DNA of 63,779 nt, counting the filler, from Nemertoderma westbladi (Eukaryota; Animalia; Xenacoelomorpha): the NCBI GenBank assembly GCA_032718475.1. It is 3 parts of 3 records of this genome, joined end to end, with 100 filler letters (N's around TTAATTAATTAA, not from the genome) between each part and the next. Parts side by side here need not be neighbours in the genome. Positions count along the whole stretch, not along the records: positions 1 to 25,873 come from JAUCBJ010002997.1; 2 more parts are not named here. The stretch is one strand, 5' to 3'. Positions 11,807 through 23,200 of the stretch are shown one piece after another. Position 1 is the first letter of the stretch. Every line of letters starts with the position of its first letter. The position numbers and the translations under genes were made by a program. The notes below the pieces were generated by a model. That model worked only from the letters and a program-made list of their open reading frames with translations. It ran no database searches and was not told the origin of the DNA.

Positions 11807-13357
11807 GTGGACTTTATAATGATCCCATTCGACTTCACCACCCTCCCCTTTCGCATTGAAGCCAAGCGAAGAGGAGAAACGAACCACGTTTCTAAAGGAA
11901 CCCGGACAACCCAACGGAGAGAAACCAACCCGTTTAAAATCTCCACTAACACATCACAAGTGACAAATATCTCAGCCACGATCAACCTTATAAATCGCCG
12001 TTACATGGTCTTCGCCAAAGTAATCCCAGTAAGAATTCAAGGGGTCGGCAAATCCTTGACGACACTCGCGTTCCTTGATAACGGGTCGGACGGAACCATC
12101 ATCGACCGGGATTTCCTCGAGCAACTCGGCCTAGACTATAAACCTTGCAAACGGCCCATACAAACTATCACCGACCACAGAGAGGTAGAATCCGGGGAGG
12201 TGCAACTCCAGATGGAAGGGGTAATGAAGGGCTACGAGACGGTTAAGATGACCATCAAGAACGCCTTAGTACACACAGACCTCCGAGTGCAGTTCCGACA
12301 ATCAGCCGAGTACGCCCCCCTCATACAGCTGGACCGAGACGACGTGGATCTAAGGTGCCCGCCGTTGGATGTAAACCGCATCACCCTACTGATCGGACTT
12401 GATACACCGGAACTACACATACCCACCAGAGACGTCGCCCGATCTATAAAGCAGGATGACGGCTTTTACGCTGAACGAACAATAATGGGATGGACACTCT
12501 GCGGCATCAAGGAAGAGACTACCGACACCTATACATACCTTCCTAAATGTCAGATTAAAGAAAATGCAACATCCGTGGGTTATTGCTCAGCTACAGACCT
12601 GGGCGAGGAATTATTCCTTGAGACCGAGAAATCCCAGCAGGAGCTGACCAAATACTTTAATCTAGAGACCCAAGAGTTTGCCGAGAAGGACGAGAATCCG
12701 TCCGAGGAAGATCAATATTGTATCGACATTTTTGATCAGGCAACGTTCAAAGACGGACATTGGTGCTCGCCCATGCTTTGGTGGCTAGTAATGTTGTTGA
12801 TGATAATAATGACGTGGATAACATTGACACCATTAATGGGAGAGTATGGACTAATCTGCCGTAATACCCGGATGGCGAACGCCTCGGTTGAGTCCCTCAC
12901 ACCCAACCACCTACTGGGAAGACCCAAGACCCATATTCCTCCAGAAATAATGTTTCCGGATCCCAACGATATCGCGAGACATACATATTGGAAGAAGGCC
13001 CAAGCGTTGGCAGCGCATTGGTGGAGAATCTGGGCCCAGGAGTACCTCATAACCCTCCGGACCAGGAGGAAGTGGAACAACACCTACAGGAATGTCGAAG
13101 TTGGCGACATGGTGCTGGTCAAAGAAGACCTCAGAGACCGCGTCCACTGGCCTGTGGCGCGAGTCGTGGCAATACAACCGAGCAAAGACGGACTTGCGAG
13201 GACTGTGACGATACGAACGGCAAAGGGCCACTACCAACGCCCTATCCAGAGGCTGTGCCTTCTTGAAGGCAATGACAGCGGTGACTCTACGAGAGGTGAT
13301 AAGTTTCCTACTCAAGATCCTGCTGCAGACATTGGTGACAAACCTAAACCCGTTTAA
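11807..13357 (+). pseudogene. Bel/Pao pol remnant: aspartic protease fused in frame to integrase C-terminal region; RT, RNase H and integrase core missing
   Basis: AFLDNGSDGTII and ITLLIGLD protease motifs; LTPNHLL..YWKKAQALA..WWRIWAQEYL..L..R.KW..N..VGD.VLVK..WPVARV..SKDG..R.V.IRT..RPIQRLC typical of the Bel/Pao integrase C-terminus. Confidence 0.88.
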
Positions 13358-14479
13358 ACCCTTCTCATCATGTTGACAAACTCTTTTAAACTGTGATTTA
13401 TTGACAATGAAAATGGACCCCCCTTAAACCAACTGTAACCACGCAATGGTATTTGTGTTTCCTCGTGTGTTATGTGGAGTCCAGCGTCACCCTGCAGATG
13501 TTTCGACTGACGCAGGGTCGTTTATGTATTGTTTACCCTGATTTTGGTCATCGGGACCAATGACATTGGATTATTGGAAATGGTAAAGATTTGAAGTGGA
13601 ATTCATTGTATCCATTGTAGTATGTTATGTTGTCCGTTGCGTGCGCAGTTCGGGGCGTAGGCGGTGTAACTAGTCCAGCTGTAGATCCCGGATTGCCGCG
13701 CAACACCCCCTTTATCCCGTTATTCTGGTGGGTCCATGGTGCATCCACATGACTTCGACGATAGAGGGTTTTATGTTTCTCAGTCGCGTTATTCTGGTGG
13801 GACCGTTGCGTGGATTTTGGGGCATAAGCGGTGTAACTAGTCCAGCTGTAGATCCCAGAATGTTGCGTAACCCCATCCCACATGACTTCGTCGGCTGAGC
13901 TTTATGTTGTTGGGAGTGTTATTCTGGTGGGTCCCTGGTGCATTCCACGTGACTTCACTTCCAGCGTCTTCATTGTCCGTTACGTGTGCAGTTTGGGGCG
14001 TAGGCGGTGTAACTAGCCCAGCTGTAGATCCCAGATTGACGCGTAACACCCCTTCCACAACGAAAATTTCCCAAAGAAGATGATTGAATGTAGTTGGAAA
14101 TGATGAAAAGAAACAGACGACATTACTATAAACCGAATGATGACGCGTATGATGATGAAAATGTAATGATGCGCACCCTGGTGCTGCGCTTATAACAAAT
14201 GATGATAGCCGGGGGGCTATAACCCCAATGATGATGTGGAAATAAATGGAAATGTGAAATAAATGTGAAATAAATGGTGGAACTAAATGATGAAATGTGT
14301 TGAAATAAATGAAATGTGATGAAATAATAATGAGAAATGAAAAAAGACAAAAAAAGGTATAAAAAGTCTAAAGAAAAGAATTGGAAACAAGAAAAGGACA
14401 TAAAAAGTCATAAAAACTGTTTCAGACTTTCTGGACTTATAATTAACTGATCTAATTTGTAACGGACATAATCGTAAAT

Positions 14480-16927
14480 ATGGACCCAAATCGCCAAATT
14501 ATCGGCGAATTACGTAATACGATAGATCTACTGGAATATCCGCAACCTGGATCCCCTAACTTTGATACGAATTGGAATGCCCTGATAAATGAGAACGTGC
14601 GAGTCGTTAAATTCACCGGGCGAGAGGGACCGGATTCCCGGAACCTACGAGAGCTCCGGTTGGCCGATGCTAGTACGAGACTGAAAAGAACTCGGAACGC
14701 AAAGGCAACCGGATGGGACGAGTCGTCGTTCTGGGAAACTTTCCGGCAAAGCGTCTACAAATCCCGATGTTTGATATACGACAACGAAGGAAACGCGACG
14801 CCCACCTCGAAAGCGATTACGTTGGCGAGATGTCAAAGTTTCGTCGACGACAAGAGTACGTACCTCGCCCACTGGGGAAACCTGTCGGAGTGTACGGCGA
14901 CGCTACGAGAGGAACGTATATCGATCATCCAGAATTGCGACGACTACCAGGAAAAGTACGGGTCGAAAAAATATGGTCGATCCTTGGTCGTCGTCCTCGG
15001 AACCCTGGACGGTTTGGTATTGGTGTGTCGAATATTTCCGACACCCAGACAGGAAGTGCAGGCAGCCGGAGCGATCTGGTTACTACCTCCGGAAATCCAA
15101 AAGATCCTTTTCGACTTCGACGTCATTAAAATCGGGTCGGATATAAAGGCGGACGTCCGGAATGACTACGCGAACGCTCCTTCAGGAAGAGACCGACGAG
15201 ACGACCTCAACGCCCTTAGCCATTGCGTCGACACTCAAACGCTATTAGCCTGGTTACGATTCGCTGAGTTCATGCGAGGATTCCGAGAGGTGAGACCGAC
15301 GAAATCCGGGATCGGCTACCTCGCTGTGCTAAACGGCGGCATCGACTTCAAACCCCAGAAATTCCGGGATTATAATAAAATATATGGTGGATACCCGGGA
15401 TTAGAAATAAAGAGCGAGCGAGAGGGTCGATGGAAGGACGTTGAGAGAAAGTGGACGATACACCAAAGGTGGGAGAATCTGGATCGACGGAACTACATCT
15501 ACGTCGTTATGGAATCATACACCGTCGCTAAGTTTATCTGTAAAACTCTCGATAACCTCATTACGGCGGTTCCTCTTTCCTTCGTCGACTACGACTGGAA
15601 CGAGGTTATAAACCACGCATTCAAAGCGGTCGAGAACATTACACCGGGAGAGACGAAAACGCTAGCCGTTATCGATTCCTGGGACGAGAGTGGACCTTAC
15701 GACATCCCTACGATTACCGATCTTCTCGGTGCGGAGGAGCCTCTGATTTCTTCGGAAGGGGAAGAACTATGGCTACATGAGGGTGTCCTACTCTCCACCC
15801 CGAAGCGACAACTCGAGCCGGAGGCCGCTTACCAACCGGCCGCCAAACGGATTGCTTCGGCCGAACCTACGACGGAAGCAGGCATATTATCCCCACTCGG
15901 CTCCGGTAGCCCTGCGAGGGAGTTAATCACCACCTCCGCGTTGAGCGACTTCGGCGATATATGCCAAAGGTTATCACCATATCCTTTCCCGGGAGGCGAA
16001 GACTGGTCTTCGGAGATTCCGAGTACCAGCAACCAACGGCCCCGCTCAGCGATACTGGTTGAAAAGGGTCCCAGCGCTGCGCCGACTCCCGACGATCTCC
16101 TCGGTATCCCTCGGTCGAAAACCCCGGCACCTCTTCGCCGACCAGCGGTGGCTACTACACCCTCCGTTCCTCAGGATCCTATGCGACTAACCCGTTGGTA
16201 CGCCGAGCAAACCGAATGGATCCACCGCCAGAAACGGTCGTCCGAGTTGAGACCGACGGGACACAAAGAAGGTTATCGGAGCGAGGACCTACTACGCAAA
16301 AGCCCAGCCTTCCGCGGGCTACCGACCACCGCGAATATTCAGAAGAGCGACCGACGACTCGAGTATTACGTCGGCGTCCCGATTCCGATATTCCCCGGTC
16401 GAGAGATGCAGTTGGAGGTGTGCGGTAACTGCGGTTCGGAGCAGTGCCCACGCGGTAGAAGGAATCGGGTTACCGATTCATGCCTCCAGCTCCTCGGGAT
16501 ACTTTATTGCCCATACTGCGCGACATCGGGCCACGACGTTTCCGTCTGTCCGATCCTATATAACCTCTGCACCACGTGCGGTTTCCGTGGACATTCCGCT
16601 AGCCCCCGCTGCTATATCAAATGTCCTACCAAAGACGTTACCGCTATGGGAAATATGGTCATGTTTGAAACATACGCAAACAGCCACATAAAGACCAAGG
16701 TTCGGAGAAACGCTCGGATTATCGCGCAGGAGATGGCGTGCGGGTATTTCTCCTTCCCGGAACGCCTCCACACGACGGCCACGCTGCCTTTCCATTGCGT
16801 GGATCTGTTGCTGAGCGCCGGATTATTCGGCCCATTCGAAGTCATTAGACGCTTATACTCGTATAAAGAGGAGTTCGGTGACGGAAAGTGGTTCCTAGAG
16901 GCGCGCAACACCGAGTTGGAAAGATGA
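14480..16927 (+). CDS. 815-aa retrotransposon accessory protein: DEDDy (WRN/EXD-like) 3'-5' exonuclease-like domain, Pro/Ser-rich linker, C-terminal Cys/His zinc knuckles
   Basis: Uninterrupted ATG-TGA ORF. LPPEIQKILFDFDVIKIGSDIKAD (ExoII-like), CVDTQTL, SGIGYLA, RWENLDRRNYIYVVMESY (ExoIII-like); CPYCATSGHDVSVC and CTTCGFRGHSASPRC knuckles plus CGNC..C. Confidence 0.7.
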   Translation: MDPNRQIIGELRNTIDLLEYPQPGSPNFDTNWNALINENVRVVKFTGREGPDSRNLRELRLADASTRLKRTRNAKATGWDESSFWETFRQSVYKSRCLIYDNEGNATPTSKAITLARCQSFVDDKSTYLAHWGNLSECTATLREERISIIQNCDDYQEKYGSKKYGRSLVVVLGTLDGLVLVCRIFPTPRQEVQAAGAIWLLPPEIQKILFDFDVIKIGSDIKADVRNDYANAPSGRDRRDDLNALSHCVDTQTLLAWLRFAEFMRGFREVRPTKSGIGYLAVLNGGIDFKPQKFRDYNKIYGGYPGLEIKSEREGRWKDVERKWTIHQRWENLDRRNYIYVVMESYTVAKFICKTLDNLITAVPLSFVDYDWNEVINHAFKAVENITPGETKTLAVIDSWDESGPYDIPTITDLLGAEEPLISSEGEELWLHEGVLLSTPKRQLEPEAAYQPAAKRIASAEPTTEAGILSPLGSGSPARELITTSALSDFGDICQRLSPYPFPGGEDWSSEIPSTSNQRPRSAILVEKGPSAAPTPDDLLGIPRSKTPAPLRRPAVATTPSVPQDPMRLTRWYAEQTEWIHRQKRSSELRPTGHKEGYRSEDLLRKSPAFRGLPTTANIQKSDRRLEYYVGVPIPIFPGREMQLEVCGNCGSEQCPRGRRNRVTDSCLQLLGILYCPYCATSGHDVSVCPILYNLCTTCGFRGHSASPRCYIKCPTKDVTAMGNMVMFETYANSHIKTKVRRNARIIAQEMACGYFSFPERLHTTATLPFHCVDLLLSAGLFGPFEVIRRLYSYKEEFGDGKWFLEARNTELER

Positions 16928-17259
16928 ACCGATATGATCCCGATGCCATCGAAAGGCAGAGCCGCCAGGAGACAAGCCGAAGCGTTGCTCACGATGGATG
17001 TTTGACGCTCCCCTTCCAGCTCTAGCGATCGACGAGAGTCGATGGGCGAAGAGGAGAAAGGCGTATCAGAGAAAGAAATAGTGGATCGGGATATTCCAGG
17101 AACATTTATTGAACATTTATTTTTATACATATATATATACATAAACTCTAGGCCAAATTAATCAAGACTATGCAATATTAAATTTGGATTTTTTATATTG
17201 GGAATGACCTACGCAAACTCAATCTACCGATAGACCTCACGAAGGTCATTGGGGGGGAC

Positions 17260-18458
17260 TGTTCGCGGTATTTCAACTTTTCATAACGCGAGTTGAATAT
17301 TTTTTGTATTTATTTAAAATGATTATTCCGATATCACTACTGGGTGCGGGACCATGGGTTTTGGGCACATTCTATGGACTGGGGGCGATTTATGGGCGAA
17401 TATTGGGGCGACTTACAGGGTACGGGAATAATTTCATGTTTATAAGGGCCAGGGGTGGGAGGCAAAGTTAAGCAGTATTCAGGTTAGCCTGAGTACTATT
17501 AGGCCCTGGCCAACTTCCTGTTGCCTGTAGAGGTGGATTTGGTAACGTGCCAGGCCTAAAGGACAAGGACTGCCCTTAGCGGTCCCTGGCCAACAGCAGT
17601 TATTACGAGCCTGAAAAGGACATCGGAACGCCAGCTGCTTGTGTCAGGGACTTGCGACGGGAAACGACACGACAGACCCCTAGCCAAGCCGTACTGGTTC
17701 TCGATGATCGTTCCCTTCGGGGTTCGTGAGGGGTGGGAAGGACACGCGAAAGGGTCTACCGACTAACAGAGGAAGGGTTTGACGAGGACTGCCCTTAGCG
17801 GTCTCTGGTCAACAGCAGTTATTACGAGCCTGAAAAGGACATCGGAACGCCGGCTGCTTGTACCAGGGATTTGCGACGGGAACCGACGACAGACCCCTTA
17901 GCCAAGCCGTACTGGTTCTCGATGATCGTTCCCTTCGGGGTTCGTGAGGTGTGGGACGGACACGCGACGGGGTCGAAAGACAAAGGACTGGACTCTACTG
18001 GCCTACCTACTGTTCGGAGCAGTTTCTCGGCTGCCGAAGCGACTACGAGCCTGAATAAGAACTCGGAAAGCCTAGGTGGTTGGGTCTCTGCGATGAACCG
18101 ACGGACCCCTAGCCAAGCCGTACTGGTTTTCGATGATCGAACCCTTCGGGGTTCGGGAGGGGTGGGACGGACACGCGAACGGGTCCACCGACACGACAGA
18201 CTCCTAGCCAAGCCGTACTGGTTCTCGATGACCGATCCCTTCGGGGTTCGAGAGGGGTGGTACGGATACGCGACAGAGTCTACCGACTGGACCGACCCTT
18301 AGCCAAGCCGTGCTGGTTCTCGATGAAAGATCCCTTCGGGGTTCGGGAGTGGTGGAACGGACACGCGACAGGGTCGACCGACACCGACACTACGGCACCA
18401 AGACTAGGACCGCGGGAAAATCTGGGGAACATTAGTTAGGCTAAAATCTGAGCGAACA
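17260..18458 (+). repeat. 3' LTR (~1.2 kb) containing five ~84-nt stem-loop repeats and a ~220-bp internal duplication
   Basis: TG...CA ends with 7-bp terminal inverted repeat TGTTCGC/GCGAACA; G-rich PPT immediately upstream. Confidence 0.8.
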
Positions 18459-18739
18459 GTGGGTAATTAGATAATATACTGTAGGGATTTATATTGTCGT
18501 GTATAATTATTGTGAATATTTGGTGTATATTGATTTGGGGAAGCCCAATTAATTCTCAATCAAGGTTCAGTGAGATTAGCTCAAGGTTCAACTGTAGGGA
18601 AGTTACATTAAAGCGTATATCCAACCAATGCAGCTTTTTCTCAACCGCAATCTTGCATTTAGGAACATTCCTTCTCCACAATCAATATCCGGTGACTGGC
18701 CGGGATTCCGTGGTCTGTAAAATTCCGCCTCCAGCATCA

Positions 18740-19250
18740 GCGTTTTTCCCCCATGGTGTCGGGAATAACGGCAACAAAGGGACTGTCGCGCCGGACACCC
18801 CACCAAAGTAGATATCATGGTCGGAGAGATCTCCAAAAGGATCTATGGGACTAGCATTTGTCTGATTAACCGTAGGCAATGGGGAATCGTAACTGATCTC
18901 ATTGAGCACGTTCAGGCTTGGTTGAGCCCACCAGTTGTTCGAGTTGAACTATAGGGAAGGGATAGTCCTTCCGGACACCCCACCAAGGTAGATATCGTGA
19001 TTGGAGAGATCTCCAAAAGGATCTACAGGACTAGCACTCGTCGGATTAACCATAGGCAATGGCGAATCGGAACTGAACTCGTTGCGTGCATCCAGACGTT
19101 GTAGAGCCCACGAGTTTAACTGTAGGGACGGGATAGTCGTTCCAAACAACCCACCAAGGTAGATATCGCGATTGGAGATATCTACGAAAGTATCATTCAT
19201 GGTGTTCATCTCGTTAAGCGCATCCAGACATGGTTGAGCCCATGAGTTTA
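18740..19250 (-). repeat. About three diverged ~170-bp repeats reading as a peptide repeat (PFGDLS.HDIY.GG.SG.T.P.L) in a stop-interrupted minus-strand frame
   Basis: ORFs 18682-18909 and 18949-19209 share the repeated peptide and lie in one frame separated by a stop. Confidence 0.6.
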
Positions 19251-20232
19251 ACTCTCAAAAGATTTCGTCAGGGTCAGGAGGCGTGGTCCCTGTAGGCCTA
19301 CCCCTACATGTACCTGATCTCAATCCTCCTGGTCTGGATGGATCCTGTACATATTCGAGTCTCGTCAATCTCATGACTGGGGTCGTACTACATATGTCGT
19401 ATTTGTATCATCAACGGTATTTTGTATCTCAGTGCAGATATCAGATTCAGACTTGTGCTTTTACTGGCTTTTACTGGTTTAATGGTTTATTACCTATGAT
19501 ATTTCTATTTTACATGGAAGGAAGAACAAGAAGCAAGTTTTCCTAAGATCTATGTCACAAATCCATCACTACAGATCCACGAGAACAAACCAAACTCTCA
19601 AACTCAAGCGAACGGTAACCTGCCGCGCATGTGTTCTTAGATCTAGCCGGCTACAGCGACACTCCCAGATTCAGGGTTTTAGCCAAATTAATCATTATCA
19701 GAGAGGATTGAATCAATCGATCAAACGATTGAATCGATCAGGTATTTACCCTCCTTGGGAAAGGTTAGCTACCACACTGCCCGCCAAGAGAAAATTGGGG
19801 AAAAAAAATTGGGAAATTACAATGTCCCAAATTTCCAGACCTCAGCATTAATTGTATTATTCCCGGTTGTGTTTAGTGTTGCATTGATACTAAGTTTGTT
19901 TTCGAGGCTAGTTAGCCAGGCCACAGAATTGGTGTCAGGGAGGTTTGACAAGAACACATCACCCCCAGCTAACTTTAAAATATGCCTTTTTGTTAGCAAA
20001 ATGACTCATATGCCAGGCCATTACTGCACCAGGTGATGCTTTTAGAATACTGTAGAATGTAAACATCTGATAGATAGATTCACATACCCTTGATGGGATG
20101 ATGGACAGTTGGCCTTATTTTTAGAGAAATAACCGAATCCTGGTTAAATACATTTATTATTGACTTCCAATGATAATAAATATTTGTCATCTCTAGTATT
20201 CAGTTGGAGGGCAATATTGTATAATTGATATC

Positions 20233-23200
20233 ATGAATCTAGATCCAACAATGGCAAAGAGTGCATTTGAATTAAGAAAAAAAGAAAGCCAAGTTCCTTG
20301 GATATGTAGTTGCAGACTAAATATGGCAGTTGTTGCATTCTTTGGATGCGTTTCACTCTATGCCCTGCGTATCAATATTTCAGTTGCGATATTATGCATG
20401 GTTCGGGATATGGAGGGTGATAATTTAAACTCTTCCGATTTAACACCAACTTTGAATTCTAACAACACTGAATCAAACGTTTGTGAAGCTGTCCAAGACA
20501 TGTCTGAGACACTTAAAGTTATTAAGGGTGAGTTTGACTGGTCACATGATATAAAGGGTTACATTCTGAGTTCATTCTTCTGGGGTTATCTCGTGACCCA
20601 GATACCAGGAGGTTGGTTGGCTGAAAGATATAGTGCGAAGTATATTATTCTCATATGTATGGTGTGTAAATCAATTGCCACATTCTTGTGTCCTATAGCA
20701 GCTAAATTGCACTGGGGATACCTATTGGCTATGCGCGTAGTAATCGGATTGGCAGGGGGTGTCTGGTTTCCTGCCCTTCACTGTATCATTGGTAATTGGA
20801 GCCCCCCATGGGAATGCAGTACAATAGGTGCCATCGCGTGGTCGGGGATGCAGATAGGCAACGTTATTGGTCTATCATTGTCTGGAGTCTTGTGCCAGTA
20901 TGGATTTGACGGAGGATGGCCTAGCATATTCTACTTGATGGGGGCTGGCAATATAATATGGTGCATCAGTTGGTACTTTCTTGTCTTCGATTCACCACGT
21001 AAACATCCTAGAATTTCCGAAATCGAATATATATATATAAAAGAAAGCATTGCGAAAGAAAAAAGAATCAGTGGTGTCCGTGGCCCTACTCCTTGGAAAG
21101 CCATCTTTACATCAGTGCCATTCTGGGCTCTGCTAATTACCCAAACTTGCTGCCACTTTGGGGATTACATGCTACTGACTCAACTGCCTTCCTATATGAA
21201 CGAAGTCCTCCAATTTGATATAAAGAGCAATGGATTCTATTCTGCATTACCTTATATTGGATTCTTTATTATGATAAATGTTGGGGGTCAATTGTCTGAT
21301 CAACTTCGAGAAAGAAAGATACTCAGTACATCGCAGACGAGAAAGGTCAGATAATCTAACTTAAATTACATTTATATCTTTAATTGCCATTCTGCATTGC
21401 AACTGCTTTAAGAATGCTTTGATCGAAATGACCTTCATGAGATTATTCGCTCTTTCAAGGACAGTGTCCTTTAATTAAGAGATGTCCACAACATGGGATG
21501 TCCACCATGCTTATTCTCTCCATGAGGCTGCGAAATCACAAGATTGTGCAACGTAAGGAAAGCTTGAAAAGTTGATAATTATATTTTATTTATATTTATA
21601 TTTAACGTCAAGCTACTAATAGTAAAAAACCGTACCGGTAGGTATGTACAACAATAAGTAAAGAAAAATCGACTGGAGACCCAGACATGCATGTAATAGT
21701 GATCTGCTGACTGCAGACAGCTGATCGGTAGTTTGTTTGAACGCGTTAGACAACACCAGGACAGTACAGCCAATGATGGGAGTGAGCAGGGCAAGACTGT
21801 GCACCACCACATCACGACGCACCGTGGCGAGCCCAATACACATTAGCTGACTAACTGGCGTGAGCTTTTTAAACATTTCAAAGTTATTGCTAGGCACCCA
21901 CTGCGGCCTGTTCTGCAAAAGCTTGAAATTTACTATATTCGCATGCGCCAGCCAGTTATCAACAAGCAGAAACGTGATTGGCATAAGTGTGTGCTTAGTT
22001 AACTAGTTAACCCCATCACACTTTGCCTGTTCTTCTTATTTGGGAACTTCACTCTACTGTCGTCCTGCTAGCTTGAGCATCCTGAGGAAGCCCGCTGTAT
22101 TGGGGCGAAACCTACCGATCAGCTGTCTGCAGTCAGCTGATCACTATTACATGCATGTCTGGGTCATAACAAATTTGGTACACACACTTTGAATAAACAT
22201 TGGAATCAGAAAATTCACGGTGGTCTTCGCTTTTCAATTCTCATAAGATTAATTTTTTTTTTCGCTTTACCTTCTATGCTATTTCTCTTGCTTTGTCTTT
22301 CTTGGTGTGCTTCTTTTGTGCAGTAATCTTTCACTTAAAAATATCTTGTACATGTGAGTAGATTATTTTCACTCATTTTCCATACAAATATCATGGACGC
22401 GGCGCAGTCCAACTCAAATTTCGAGTATTTCAATGAAATCCACGAACTAGTGGCACTTGCTACTATGTGGATTTCATTCGAATTCGGATCCTCACCCAAT
22501 AATTAAATGTATCTATCTATATTACTTTATTTCGTGTTTGCTATCGTGCTGGTGCTGGGTCTGTCGTACCATATTTTATTGGAATTATTAAAGTTCAAGT
22601 TCAAAGTTCAAGTTCAAGTTCAAAGGGTATCCAGTCGATTTTTATTTACTTGTTGTACATACCTAGCGGTACGGTTTTTCACTATTAGTAGCTTGACGTT
22701 AAATATAAATATAAATAAAATATAATTGTGCAATGGTTGGTCATCACAGCGAAAACAATGACCTACAATGTGGGGGTGAATATGTTCCAGTGTTGGAGGA
22801 CCAAATTGACTCCTCCAATGGTTGGAGGTGCATGTGCATTGAACTTGACCCAATGAACCCAGTGAAGCATGCTTGTGTATGTATCTTGGACAGCCAAATC
22901 AATGCTGCCCATAACTTTCCCTTACGTACCTTTTGTCCATCACCCTAAAGTATGTGCCAATTATAGCTGTATAACTTAGTATTTTATTTCTTTATTATGA
23001 TTAATATTTTATTAGGTAATGAACTCTATTGGATCTGTGTGCCCTGCCATATTTCTCGTTGCCACCAGCTACATGACTTGTAATCAAGGTGCAACCGCGG
23101 TCGCTCTGTTGACTATTGGCGTCTCATTTAGTGGATTCCAATATGGCGGTGGTTTCCTTGTGAATCACATCGACCTCGCCAGAAAGTACGCCGGAACTCT

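Larger units (their letters stand above)
11807..18458 (+). mobile_element. 5'-truncated, internally deleted Bel/Pao LTR retrotransposon with an extra ORF and intact 3' LTR
   Basis: pol remnant, then extra ORF, then polypurine tract GGGGGGGA (17251-17258), then LTR bounded by TGTTCGC...GCGAACA. No matching 5' LTR seen. Confidence 0.8.

Noticed and set aside
17674-18376. LTR repeats as a CRISPR array, tRNAs or a known ribozyme class
   Set aside because: Units are ~84 nt with short related spacers; no cloverleaf; no recognisable catalytic core of known self-cleaving ribozymes on either strand.
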